DNA of 62,342 nt, the filler included, from Hausera hauseri (Eukaryota): assembly GCA_046269625.1 (NCBI GenBank). It is 11 parts of 11 records of this genome, joined end to end, with 100 filler letters (N's around TTAATTAATTAA, not from the genome) between each part and the next. Parts side by side here need not be neighbours in the genome. Positions count along the whole stretch, not along the records: positions 57,861 to 62,342 come from JBJURY010559562.1; 10 more parts are not named here. One strand, 5' to 3'. Positions 62,100 to 62,342 of this stretch are shown here, piece after piece. The notes below the pieces were generated by a model, which saw nothing but the letters and a program-made list of their open reading frames with translations, had not been told where the DNA came from and made no database searches. The position numbers and the translations under genes are program-made. Positions within the stretch are counted from its first letter, which is position 1. Each line of letters opens with the position of its first letter.

Positions 62100-62342
62100 G
62101 CAGTAATCTGTGTCTAATATTTATATGCACTTCCGTGGTATTGTCGAAGTTCTTCTATATAGCACATAATTTTTGTGTCTTTAAATTCTGATTAATACTT
62201 TATTTTAGTTATCTCTTCAATATTTATTCATTTAAGTCGTTTAAATTTTGTTACTTCGCGGTTATATATATATATATATATATATCGAAATTTGTACCAA
62301 CTGTGCATTTTAAGGCATTATATTAATTATATGTACTAAGAA

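Overview
This is not one continuous locus. It is 11 short, unordered contigs (about 3.9-8.4 kb each) joined by artificial 100-bp spacers (44 N + TTAATTAATTAA + 44 N). The DNA is from an AT-rich metazoan with short 40-50 nt GT-AG introns; a flatworm-like invertebrate is only my guess. Most of the window is decayed mobile DNA: Polinton/Maverick (adintovirus-like) fragments in contigs 1, 2 and 4, and many Ty3/Gypsy LTR retroelements. Host sequences are a junctophilin-like exon, an RNase H1 N-terminus, a TRAF-like gene, and intronless decayed copies of clathrin heavy chain, POLG and MCM2. The two most notable systems are: (1) a Gypsy family, seen in three separate copies, in which Gag is preceded by a ubiquitin-like domain ending R-[IL]-R-G-G, with different cargo sequence upstream in each copy and, in two copies, host retrocopies further upstream; (2) a complex retrovirus-like Gypsy lineage with a chuvirus-type glycoprotein placed between a gag-position ORF and pol in one copy, and, in a related copy, an FN3-like membrane protein, a DEDDh-like exonuclease and a RING finger downstream of integrase. 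All family calls come from recognising motifs by eye; no database search was run, and boundaries of decayed features are approximate.
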